A DNA stretch of 64,000 nucleotides from the NCBI GenBank assembly GCA_045601385.1, contig JAZRZM010000005.1, positions 823-64,822 on the forward strand, given 5' to 3'. Positions within the stretch are counted from its first letter, which is position 1. The number at the start of each line of letters is the position of its first letter. The stretch is from Clostridia bacterium. Lineage in GTDB: Bacteria; Bacillota; Clostridia; Christensenellales; DTU072. Both the position numbers and the translations under genes were made by a program. A model generated the notes under the pieces. It made no database searches. It saw only the letters and a list, made by a program, of their open reading frames with translations, and had not been told where the DNA came from. Below are positions 1 to 8,386 of this stretch, piece by piece.

Positions 1-73
1 GAACGCGCGCCTGACATTCTCCGGCGAACGCACGCGCCAGATTGCTAAACGTTTTACTTTTTATAAGTTCCAT
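1..73 (-). CDS. rubrerythrin-like diiron protein, 5' end only (gene runs off the left edge)
   Basis: Minus-strand ATG at 73-71 with GGAGGT upstream. It translates MELIKSKTFSNLARAFAGECQARV, which resembles the N-terminal 'NL..AFAGE.QAR' helix of rubrerythrins. Only 24 codons are visible. Confidence 0.5.
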   Translation of the reverse strand, partial: MELIKSKTFSNLARAFAGECQARV

Positions 74-159
74 ATTTTTTACCTCCGTGCAGGGAGTATT
101 GCCGACGGTTCTTTATCTTAAACATTGACTTATTTTATAAAAAAGTTTATACTGTTTTT

Positions 160-750
160 ATGAAAGTAGAAATCAACGCCGATAAAAAAAGGTATTTTCA
201 ATGCAGCATGTACTACATGCGGAGATATTTCGGACTGCGTGAAATCATTTTGCTGACTTTACTTCTCGGCATCGGGCTTGCGCTGTTCTTTTTGAGCGGC
301 GGCACGCAGATTATTATGCTGATCCTTTTCGGCGTGTCGGTTGCGATCATTTTATTCGCGTTCGTACTGTTTTTATGGACGTCCACGTCGGGGTACAAGG
401 TTGACTTCGAGATGAAAGGCATCGCCCATCAGGTGCTGGAATTCGACGAAGACGCCCTGCACGTGACAAACTACGACAAAGGCGGCAAACCCGTCTTTAT
501 GGAGACGCATCTATATAATAAAATCGACAAAATCGCCATAAGAAAAGACGTCATCTATATTTATGCGCAGGTTTCGGTCTTCTACTACATCACGGCGGAT
601 TCTTTGGACGCAACGCAGCGTACCGAACTTATCGAACTGTTACACCGCCATATCGACGACGAAAGCGTCTTCAAAATCAAAAAGACGTATCGCGTCTTCC
701 CGAAAAAGAAAAAAGTCACATTGGAACCCGACGAAAAGAATAAAAAATAA
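160..750 (+). CDS. hypothetical membrane protein (two N-terminal TM helices plus a soluble C-domain)
   Basis: 196-aa ORF. Hydrophobic segments are LLTLLLGIGLALFFL and IMLILFGVSVAIILFAFVLFLW. No catalytic motif recognised. Confidence 0.6.
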   Translation: MKVEINADKKRYFQCSMYYMRRYFGLREIILLTLLLGIGLALFFLSGGTQIIMLILFGVSVAIILFAFVLFLWTSTSGYKVDFEMKGIAHQVLEFDEDALHVTNYDKGGKPVFMETHLYNKIDKIAIRKDVIYIYAQVSVFYYITADSLDATQRTELIELLHRHIDDESVFKIKKTYRVFPKKKKVTLEPDEKNKK

Positions 751-764
751 CGGAGGTAATTTTT

Positions 765-1676
765 ATGTTACTTGATAAACTGTATCGCTTCTTTTGGACA
801 AAGGTCGACATCGGCGACAAAAAAAGAGTGGACGGAGAAGTCTTTCCCAAAAACATTCGTACCGAACTCGACGTTCCGTACATAGAAGACGGAGACAAAT
901 GGCATCTTTTGGACGTTTTTCGCCCTGATAACGACGAAAAACTGCCTTTGATTATCGACATTCACGGTGGCGGACTGATGGGCGGAACCAAACTCGGAAA
1001 CCGCACTTATTGTTATCATCTCGCATCGAAAGGCTTTGTCGTCATCGCGCCCGACTATGCGCTTTCGCCCGAAAAGCGGTATCCGGCGCACCTTATCGAC
1101 GTCAACGACGCTTTGATATGGATTAAAGAACACGCACCCAAGTACGGCTGGGACGGGAAAAACGTCATTTTGACCGGCGACAGCGCGGGCGGTTTTCTCG
1201 CTATGCACGAGACGCTCGTCAACAACGACGAAAAATACGCCGCCGTATACGGACTCCGCTCTCCGGGATTCGATTTCAACGCAATCGTCCTGACAAGCGG
1301 TATGTACGACCTCGATAAAGGCGCACCGAAAATCATGTTTCCCGGCATCTTCGGCACTTACCGCAAGAAAAAAGCCCCCTATTTTGACAAACTCGATCTG
1401 TCGCAGTGGGTAACGAAACAAAACGTTCCGCCATGTCTGATGATTACGAGCGACGAAGACTTTATTCAGTTTTCCACTCTGACGCTCGATAAAGTCATGG
1501 CCGAAAAAGGCATCGAACACACCCTATATAACTACGGCAAGCGCGACGATCAAAAACTCGAACACGTCTTCGCCGTCCTGCATCCGGCTTCGCCCGCGGG
1601 AAAAATCTGCGTAGATCAAACGGTCGAATTTATAGAAAAGTTTATCGACCGAAGCGCTTGCGCCGAAGAAGCCTGA
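765..1676 (+). CDS. alpha/beta hydrolase (esterase/lipase, fold-3 / hormone-sensitive-lipase-like)
   Basis: Oxyanion-hole motif IDIHGGGLMGG and nucleophile elbow GDSAGG. 303 aa. Confidence 0.8.
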   Translation: MLLDKLYRFFWTKVDIGDKKRVDGEVFPKNIRTELDVPYIEDGDKWHLLDVFRPDNDEKLPLIIDIHGGGLMGGTKLGNRTYCYHLASKGFVVIAPDYALSPEKRYPAHLIDVNDALIWIKEHAPKYGWDGKNVILTGDSAGGFLAMHETLVNNDEKYAAVYGLRSPGFDFNAIVLTSGMYDLDKGAPKIMFPGIFGTYRKKKAPYFDKLDLSQWVTKQNVPPCLMITSDEDFIQFSTLTLDKVMAEKGIEHTLYNYGKRDDQKLEHVFAVLHPASPAGKICVDQTVEFIEKFIDRSACAEEA

Positions 1677-1706
1677 AAACTGCTTTTTGCCGAACGAATA
1701 TAATTT

Positions 1707-1736
1707 AACTCCGCCCGACGCGGCGGAGTTTTTTTG
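1707..1736 (+). terminator. rho-independent terminator after the esterase gene
   Basis: AACTCCGCC / GGCGGAGTT stem (1707-1715 / 1722-1730) followed by a T-run. Confidence 0.75.
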
Positions 1737-1769
1737 CGCAAAAAAATGTGAAATTTATTTCAAATTCAT

Positions 1770-1798
1770 TTGACATTCAATAGCGGCATAGTTATAAT
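1770..1798 (+). promoter_or_regulatory. sigma-A type promoter of the feo operon
   Basis: TTGACA (1770-1775), exact 17-nt spacer, TATAAT (1793-1798), about 28 nt before the feoA ATG region. The palindrome TGAAAT-TT-ATTTCA (1749-1762) lies just upstream. Confidence 0.7.
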
Positions 1799-1825
1799 AG
1801 AGGTGCCAAAAAGGGGAAAGCAAGC

Positions 1826-2062
1826 ATGAAAGAAATCGGTCTTGACAAAATGAAAATCGGGCAAACGGGCACGATAACAAAAGTCGGCGGACAAGGCGAC
1901 CTGAGGTGTCACTTACTCGACATGGGGCTGATACCGAAAACAAAAGTCAAAATCGTACGTTTCGCGCCCATGGGCGATCCGGTGGAAATCATGCTACGCG
2001 GATATAATTTGACTTTGCGCTTATCCGACGCGCACTTGATTCTGGTGGAGGCGAACGAATGA
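1826..2062 (+). CDS. feoA: ferrous iron transport protein A
   Basis: 78-aa SH3-like FeoA pattern (MKIGQTGTITKV...LLDMGLIPKTKVKIVRFAPMGDPVEI). Overlaps the feoB start by 4 nt. Confidence 0.9.
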   Translation: MKEIGLDKMKIGQTGTITKVGGQGDLRCHLLDMGLIPKTKVKIVRFAPMGDPVEIMLRGYNLTLRLSDAHLILVEANE

Positions 2063-4050
2063 TTTTTGCTCTTATCGGCAACCAAAACTGCGGAAAAACG
2101 ACTCTTTTTAACCAACTGACGGGCGCAAACCAACACGTCGGCAACTTCCCCGGCGTAACGGTGGACGGAAAGTCGGGCGTCATTCGTAATACCAAGGACT
2201 GCACCGTCGTAGACCTGCCCGGCATATATTCTTTACGCCCCTATTCGGGAGAAGAAATCGTAACGAGAGACTTTTTGATTCGCTCAAAACCGGACGCAGT
2301 CATCAACATTGTGGACGCAACCAATCTCGAACGGAACCTGTATCTTACCCTGCAACTATTGGAAATGCGCATTCCGACGGTCATCGCTCTGAACATGATG
2401 GACGAAGTGACCGCAAACGGCGGCAGCGTCAATATTCCCTTACTCACCGAAAAACTGGGCGTACCCGTCCTACCTATCAGCGCGGTCAAAAACGAAGGCG
2501 TATCCGAACTGCTCACGACGCTCGTCGAAGTCGGCAAAAAAAAGTTGATACCCACTGTCTATGACTTTTGCGCGTCGGGACCGATACACCGCTGTATCCA
2601 CGCGGTAACGCACGTCGTCGAAGACCACGCCGAAAACGCCGGAATCAATCCGCGTTTTGCCACGACCAAATTGATCGAAGGCGACAAAGACGTCATTTCT
2701 CTTTTACAACTCGACGAAAACGAAACGGAACTGATCGAACACAGCGTCGTGGAAATGGAAACCGAACACGGCATGGACCGCCACGCCGCGCTTGCCGATA
2801 TGCGTTATACTTTTATCGAAAAAGTTTGTTCGGAAGCCGTCGTCAAATGCGAAGAAAGCAAAGAGCACAAACGCAGTCAAAAAATAGACAAAATCCTGAC
2901 CGACAAGTTTGCCGCCTTACCTATATTTGTCGGCATCATGTTTTTGGTCTTTTATCTTACCTTTGAAGTGATCGGATACTATCTGAGCGAACTGATTGCG
3001 CTCGGTATAGACAAACTCTGCATAGTCACAGCGGACGGACTGAGCCGTTTCGGAACAAACGCCGTAATGATCAGCCTTTTGACCGACGGCATTTTCCGCG
3101 GCGTAGGCAGCGTGCTGTCCTTTATTCCCTACGTCGTCGTTTTGTTCTTCTTTTTGTCCATACTCGAAGACACGGGCTATATGGCGCGCGTCGCGTTCGT
3201 CATGGATAAACTGCTGCGAAAAATCGGATTGTCGGGCAAAAGCATCGTCCCGATGCTGATCGGCTTCGGATGTTCCGTCCCCGCCGTCATGAGCGCGCGC
3301 ACCTTGTCCGGAAAGCGCGACCGCCACATGACCATCATGCTGATACCCTTTATGAGTTGTTCGGCAAAAATACCGATTTATGCCCTTTTTACCGCGGCAT
3401 TCTTCCCCCGCTTCAAAGCGCTGATTATGCTTTCTTTGTACGTCGGCGGTATCGTCATCGGCATTATCGTCGCCTTGATTCTGAAATCAACCGCCTTTCG
3501 CGGAAATCCAAATCCGTTTGTTATGGAACTCCCAAACTACCGTTTTCCGTCACCCAAAAGCGTACTTCTTTTAATGTGGGAAAAAGCGAAAGACTTTATC
3601 GTAAAAGCGTTTACCATCATCTTTATCACGAGCGTGATTATATGGTTTTTACGGTCGTTCGACATCTATTTCAACCCGGTATTGGATGACGCCGGTTCGA
3701 GCATGCTTGCCGCAATCGGTTCGTTTATCGCACCCGTTTTTAAGCCGTGCGGCTTCGGCACATGGGAAGCGGCGACTTCTCTTATCGCCGGTTTTACTGC
3801 CAAAGAAGCCGTCGTCAGTTCTCTCGAAGTCCTCACCCAAGGCGCGGCGACAAGCCTGTTTACGTCCGCCTCGGCATACAGTTTTATGACGTTTACCCTT
3901 TTATACACGCCCTGCGTCGCCGCCGTCACTACGATACGGAAAGAGACGAAAAGCCTGCCGTTGACGCTCCTTATTGTCGCTATGCAGTGCGTCCTCGCCT
4001 GGGTGGCGTCCACCGTCATTTATCAACTGATTCTGGTTTGCGGCGGCTGA
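2059..4050 (+). CDS. feoB: ferrous iron transport protein B (GTPase plus permease)
   Basis: N-terminal G-domain with G1 GNQNCGKTTLFN and DLPG, followed by a polytopic membrane domain. 663 aa. Confidence 0.95.
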   Translation: MIFALIGNQNCGKTTLFNQLTGANQHVGNFPGVTVDGKSGVIRNTKDCTVVDLPGIYSLRPYSGEEIVTRDFLIRSKPDAVINIVDATNLERNLYLTLQLLEMRIPTVIALNMMDEVTANGGSVNIPLLTEKLGVPVLPISAVKNEGVSELLTTLVEVGKKKLIPTVYDFCASGPIHRCIHAVTHVVEDHAENAGINPRFATTKLIEGDKDVISLLQLDENETELIEHSVVEMETEHGMDRHAALADMRYTFIEKVCSEAVVKCEESKEHKRSQKIDKILTDKFAALPIFVGIMFLVFYLTFEVIGYYLSELIALGIDKLCIVTADGLSRFGTNAVMISLLTDGIFRGVGSVLSFIPYVVVLFFFLSILEDTGYMARVAFVMDKLLRKIGLSGKSIVPMLIGFGCSVPAVMSARTLSGKRDRHMTIMLIPFMSCSAKIPIYALFTAAFFPRFKALIMLSLYVGGIVIGIIVALILKSTAFRGNPNPFVMELPNYRFPSPKSVLLLMWEKAKDFIVKAFTIIFITSVIIWFLRSFDIYFNPVLDDAGSSMLAAIGSFIAPVFKPCGFGTWEAATSLIAGFTAKEAVVSSLEVLTQGAATSLFTSASAYSFMTFTLLYTPCVAAVTTIRKETKSLPLTLLIVAMQCVLAWVASTVIYQLILVCGG

Positions 4051-4051
4051 T

Positions 4052-4234
4052 ATGAGCAAAGCGGATATCGTCGTTCTGATCGTCGTCCTCGTTTGGCTCG
4101 CACTCGCCGTCTTTTTTCTGATTCGCGCCAAAAAAAAAGGAAGAACGTCGTGCGGTTGTTCTTCCTGTAATCAATGCTCTTCCTGTAAAAACCGATCCGA
4201 CTGTTCCGCCTGCGAAAAGGCAAAACGCGAATAA
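4052..4234 (+). CDS. FeoB-associated Cys-rich membrane protein
   Basis: 60 aa. One TM helix (IVVLIVVLVWLALAVFFLI) followed by a CGCSSCNQCSSC...CSAC tail. Starts 2 nt after the feoB stop. Confidence 0.8.
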   Translation: MSKADIVVLIVVLVWLALAVFFLIRAKKKGRTSCGCSSCNQCSSCKNRSDCSACEKAKRE

Positions 4235-4239
4235 TTCTT

Positions 4240-5043
4240 TTACAGATTTCTCAAAAACGCAAGTCCCTCGCGGACGCCGTCAAAAGGATCTTCCGTACCC
4301 TCGAATTCGACGGTATAATAGCCGTCGTATCCGCTTTCTTTCAGGTATGAAACACATTCGGAGACGGGCACGTCCCCCCTCCCCACGATCGTGCCCGTCA
4401 AGAACTTTCCGTTTTTCGACGGGAACGAACCGGTTTTCGGTTTATCCGTAACAAAAAAATCCTTGACATGGACGTGTTTCACATACGGCAACGCCGTTTT
4501 TACCCCTACGACGGGATCTGCGCCGACGCAAAGGAAATTCCCGATATCGCATAGCCAACGGTAGTTATCGTCTCCGACAGTATCCATCAGAAGTTTCATT
4601 CTTTCGGGCGCCTGAAAAATAAAACCGTGATTCTCGGTCATGGTGACGATACCTTTTTCACGCGCATACGCCGTTATTTCCCGAATACGCGGCGCAATGA
4701 TACCGATCGCCCTCTCGATCGACTCGAACGGACGCAAAGCGTAACATACGTCGTGGCGCAATACGGGCGCGCCGAGCGCGGCGGCGATATCGATATGCCT
4801 TTTGACCTTTTCGACCGCTCTCTTTCCGAAAGGCGTATTCAGGTTCGCACTCACGCAATATGCCGTGATCGGCAGACCGATTTTCCGACAATATTCCTTG
4901 ATTTCCGTCGCTTTTTCGACCGTTTCCGGACTCAACGTCGTAAATTCGATTCCGTCGTACCCCATTTCTTTGGCTTTATCGCACATTTCGGTATAGGATA
5001 TACGGCATTTTGAAAAACTGTAACTCGATACGCTGATTTTCAT
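4240..5043 (-). CDS. sugar phosphate isomerase/epimerase (xylose-isomerase-like TIM barrel)
   Basis: Starts MKISVSSYSFSK..., with GYDGIEF, HVHVKDF and GYDGYYTVEFEG, all typical of AP-endonuclease-2/XylA-like TIM barrels. The internal ATG at 5043 was chosen over the 5190 ORF start, which overlaps the putP 3' end. Confidence 0.75.
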   Translation of the reverse strand: MKISVSSYSFSKCRISYTEMCDKAKEMGYDGIEFTTLSPETVEKATEIKEYCRKIGLPITAYCVSANLNTPFGKRAVEKVKRHIDIAAALGAPVLRHDVCYALRPFESIERAIGIIAPRIREITAYAREKGIVTMTENHGFIFQAPERMKLLMDTVGDDNYRWLCDIGNFLCVGADPVVGVKTALPYVKHVHVKDFFVTDKPKTGSFPSKNGKFLTGTIVGRGDVPVSECVSYLKESGYDGYYTVEFEGTEDPFDGVREGLAFLRNL

Positions 5044-5119
5044 GGTTTTACTCCTTTTTAAGACAAAGATCCCCGAATTGCTCCGAAGATCTTTTGTTTT
5101 TATTGTTTTTTGTTTCCGT

Positions 5120-6679
5120 TCAGATTTTTTTCGTTGCGGACACTTTATCGAACAGGTCGAGGATTTCCTGCTTGGGCGAACCCGTCGCAAGAGAAACCGC
5201 CACGGCGGTTATCATTCCGCAGACAAATCCGGGGATGATTTCGTACAAACCGGTATTGAAGACCGCGCTGACGCCGTCGTAATATTCATAGTTAAAGAGG
5301 AACATCCAAAGGACGTCCACCACAAAACCGACGATGATGGAAGCGGTCGCGCCTTTGTAATTGAGTTTTCTCCAATACAATGAAAGCAAAATAACCGGTC
5401 CGAACGCCGCGCCGAACGCCGCCCACGCCGCCGAAACAAGGCTCATAATCGTCGCAAAAGCCGCAACAAGGGGTTTGCCCGACCATGTCGCCGAGCCGAG
5501 CAAGGCGATAACAAAAGCGACCAGGGACACGACGATGACGACGATACGTCCCACCCACATGACTTCTTTATCTTTCGCGTTCTTGCGAATAACCGTTTTA
5601 TATACGTCGGAAGCAAACGCCGAACTCGACGCAAGGAGTTGCGAATCCGCAGTGCTCATGGACGCGGCAAGAATCGCGGAAATAATCACGCCGCCGATAA
5701 ACGCCGGGAAAACCGAACGCGCCATCATAATAAAGATCGTACTCTTGTCTCCTTCTACGGCGGAGCCGAAATACTTTCTGCCGACCAACGCGACGACCGT
5801 GGTCATAATGAGGATAAGCGCCGTCCAACAACTGCCCGTAATCTGCGAGCGTTTCATTTCTTTTTCCGACTTGATCGAAATATACCGGACGATAATATGC
5901 GGCATACCGAAGTAACCCAAGCCCCAGCCGAGACCGGTCAGAATCGTCGCCACACTGTACCAGTCGAATTTTCCCGTCGAAAGCAGGTTATAATAGTTTG
6001 CCGGCAGGTCGCCCGACACAAAGGCGGCAATTTGGGTTTCACTGCCCATAAGGCACGCGGCGACGATCGGAGTAATCATAAGAGCCAGCAACATCAGCAT
6101 ACCTTGGAAAAAGTCCGTCCAACACACGGCGTTAAAGCCGCCGAGGAAGACGTAAACCAATATGATCACGGTAGCGATCGCCATGGCTATCCGCTCGTCA
6201 AGACCGAAAAGGGTGTTAAAAATCGTTCCGCACGCGCTGATGCTCGACGCACCGTACACACAATAAACAACGATGAAAATGACGGCGCATACGACCTGCA
6301 AGACAGGACTTTCCGACAAAAAGCGATTGGTCAGATACTGCGGAATGGTAATGGAATCCTTCGCCATAATGGCGTATCTGCGAAGTTTGGGCGCAACGAA
6401 AATCCACGCAAGCACCGTGCCGATCAGCAAGCCGATCGCGATCCAGATTTGACCGAGCCCCAAAGCATAAATGGCGCCGGGAAGTCCCATCAGCGCCCAC
6501 GCGCTCATATCGGAAGCGCCCGCGCTCAACGCGGCGACAAGTCCGTTCATGTTTCTTCCGCCCAAGAAGAATTCTTTTTCGCCCGTCGCGTTTTTGTCCT
6601 TAAAGAAAAAGTACAGTCCGATACCGAGAACGACGACAAAATAGAGAACAAACGCGATGATTTCACCTGTTTTTGACAT
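5120..6679 (-). CDS. putP: sodium:solute symporter, PutP-like (sodium/proline)
   Basis: 519 aa, polytopic. FFLGGRNMNGLVAALSAGASDMSAWALMGLPGAIY matches the SSS/PutP signature region. Confidence 0.75.
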   Translation of the reverse strand: MSKTGEIIAFVLYFVVVLGIGLYFFFKDKNATGEKEFFLGGRNMNGLVAALSAGASDMSAWALMGLPGAIYALGLGQIWIAIGLLIGTVLAWIFVAPKLRRYAIMAKDSITIPQYLTNRFLSESPVLQVVCAVIFIVVYCVYGASSISACGTIFNTLFGLDERIAMAIATVIILVYVFLGGFNAVCWTDFFQGMLMLLALMITPIVAACLMGSETQIAAFVSGDLPANYYNLLSTGKFDWYSVATILTGLGWGLGYFGMPHIIVRYISIKSEKEMKRSQITGSCWTALILIMTTVVALVGRKYFGSAVEGDKSTIFIMMARSVFPAFIGGVIISAILAASMSTADSQLLASSSAFASDVYKTVIRKNAKDKEVMWVGRIVVIVVSLVAFVIALLGSATWSGKPLVAAFATIMSLVSAAWAAFGAAFGPVILLSLYWRKLNYKGATASIIVGFVVDVLWMFLFNYEYYDGVSAVFNTGLYEIIPGFVCGMITAVAVSLATGSPKQEILDLFDKVSATKKI

Positions 6680-6805
6680 AAAAATTACTCCTTATGAATA
6701 AACAATATAAATATAATACTAAAAATAAGTAAAAAAAGCAAACAATATCGGTAAAAACTTTTATATATCGACTAAACGTGTTATAATCGAAATCGGAGGG
6801 TAGAC

Positions 6806-7363
6806 ATGAATATATGTTTTTTCGGCTCGGCGCGCGAATGCGTCGGACAAAAGTATAAAGAAGAATCCTTTTTACTCGGCAAAGAAATGGCAAAACGCGG
6901 ACACACGCTTGTCTTCGGCGGCGGCGGAAAAGGTTTGATGGGCGCGGTCGCGCGCGGCGTAAAAGAAGGCGGCGGTAAAATCATCGGCGTCATTCCGCGC
7001 TTTTTTTCCGAAGACAACCTCGAAGAAGCGTTTTGCCATTGCACCGAATTACGCGAATGCGATACCATGAGCGAAAGGAAACAAATCATGGAAAGCCTCG
7101 CCGATGCATTTATCATCGCGCCGGGTGGCGTCGGAACTTATGACGAGTTTTTTGAAGTGCTTTGCAACAAACAACTCGCACGGCACAATAAGCCCATCGC
7201 TCTAATCAACACCGACGGCTTTTACGAAGAATCGGAAATAATGATGACGCGAGCAATCGAAAAAGGCTTCGTCGCCGAAAACTGCCGCCTCTTATACCGC
7301 GTTTTTGTCGATTATAACGAAGCGTTATCCTTTTTGGAAGCGTCGGGCGAAGTTAAGAAGTAA
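6806..7363 (+). CDS. LOG family / TIGR00730 Rossmann-fold nucleotide-binding protein
   Basis: VFGGGGKGLMGAVARG and PGGVGTYDEFFE (the PGGxGTxxE motif). 185 aa. Confidence 0.85.
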   Translation: MNICFFGSARECVGQKYKEESFLLGKEMAKRGHTLVFGGGGKGLMGAVARGVKEGGGKIIGVIPRFFSEDNLEEAFCHCTELRECDTMSERKQIMESLADAFIIAPGGVGTYDEFFEVLCNKQLARHNKPIALINTDGFYEESEIMMTRAIEKGFVAENCRLLYRVFVDYNEALSFLEASGEVKK

Positions 7364-7676
7364 GAACGAATTTTGCTCTGTTTATCGGCATACCGTATTG
7401 CCGATCGACAAGGATAAACCGATTATTTATTTCGTTTTCGGGAAACTTTAACGCAATAAAAAGGATTCCGTTCCCGATGTTTTTATAAAAATTAATCAAG
7501 GTGTCGCTACCGTCCGTCGCCCGAAGCCAAAGCCCGTTCCCGTAAAAAGGCACGTCGAGTACGATACATGTATTCCGGACGGAAAAATCACAAAGAACGC
7601 GATGTTTTCCGTCGGATATATTTACCGTAAAATAAGGTTTGTTACTGCTTATTATTGCGGTAAACGTCTTTATCAT
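7353..7676 (-). CDS. hypothetical protein (107 aa), translationally coupled to the upstream gene
   Basis: Its ATG (7676-7674) overlaps the TGA of the 181-aa gene as TGATG. No recognisable motif. The region looks more AT-rich than its neighbours by eye. Confidence 0.5.
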   Translation of the reverse strand: MIKTFTAIISSNKPYFTVNISDGKHRVLCDFSVRNTCIVLDVPFYGNGLWLRATDGSDTLINFYKNIGNGILFIALKFPENEINNRFILVDRQYGMPINRAKFVLTS

Positions 7677-8221
7677 CAGTCAAAATCAAGCGTCGCCGTC
7701 GGAATGACAAGTCCGGCATAATTAGCGTCCGTCAGCGTAAAGGACTGTTGCGCAATCGGTTCGTTACGGATATATTCGGTCTGCGTCTGCGACGTCATCG
7801 ACACCGTAATCACACCGTCGTAAACGTTGTGCGTATCGTCCGCCGTCAACTGCTTGAAATAAAGCGTAAACGGCGTGGTCGCGTCCCCGAAAGGGACATT
7901 CTCGAAGACGGCTTCGCCGGTCGGCTTGATTGTCACGGCGGTACCGTATTCGGCATTCCCGGCCGAATCGGTCATAATCAAAGTACCGCCCGTGACGGGT
8001 GTGCCGCCGGCGGCGCCCGTTTCGTTGACGTTAAACGTCAGTGTGCCCGTAGCCGACAGCGTAAAGACGCCGCTTCCCGCCGTTTTTCCCGCCACAAAAG
8101 AAGTCGGCGACAGCGTAGAGAGGTCATATCCCGGCGCGGACACAGCCGCCACCGTATACGTTCCCTCTTTCATCGGCAACGATCCGCTGCCGTTTACGAT
8201 AGTAACTGTATATTTTCCCAT
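7676..8221 (-). CDS. hypothetical beta-rich protein (two Ig/prealbumin-like halves, no signal peptide)
   Basis: 181 aa, rich in T/G/A/V. Repeated 'TGTLTFNV' / 'GEAVFENVPFG' strands resemble carboxypeptidase-regulatory-like or phage-fibre beta-sandwiches. No hydrophobic N-terminus. Confidence 0.55.
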   Translation of the reverse strand: MGKYTVTIVNGSGSLPMKEGTYTVAAVSAPGYDLSTLSPTSFVAGKTAGSGVFTLSATGTLTFNVNETGAAGGTPVTGGTLIMTDSAGNAEYGTAVTIKPTGEAVFENVPFGDATTPFTLYFKQLTADDTHNVYDGVITVSMTSQTQTEYIRNEPIAQQSFTLTDANYAGLVIPTATLDFD

Positions 8222-8329
8222 TGTTATTTCTCCTTTGCATTATGCTTTCACTGCATTCTACGCGCATACAAAAAAAATTGTTCAAAGGAGCATCTTTAAC
8301 TTATTCTTGCCTCTCCGACAAAAGAGCAT

Positions 8330-8361
8330 AAAAAAACCGCCTGCCAAAACGGCAGACGGTT
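8330..8361 (-). terminator. rho-independent terminator of the MFS transporter gene
   Basis: The minus strand reads CCGUCUGCC-guuuu-GGCAGGCGG followed by U7. Confidence 0.75.
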
Positions 8362-8386
8362 CATATTTTTGCAAAGGAAAACGGTT

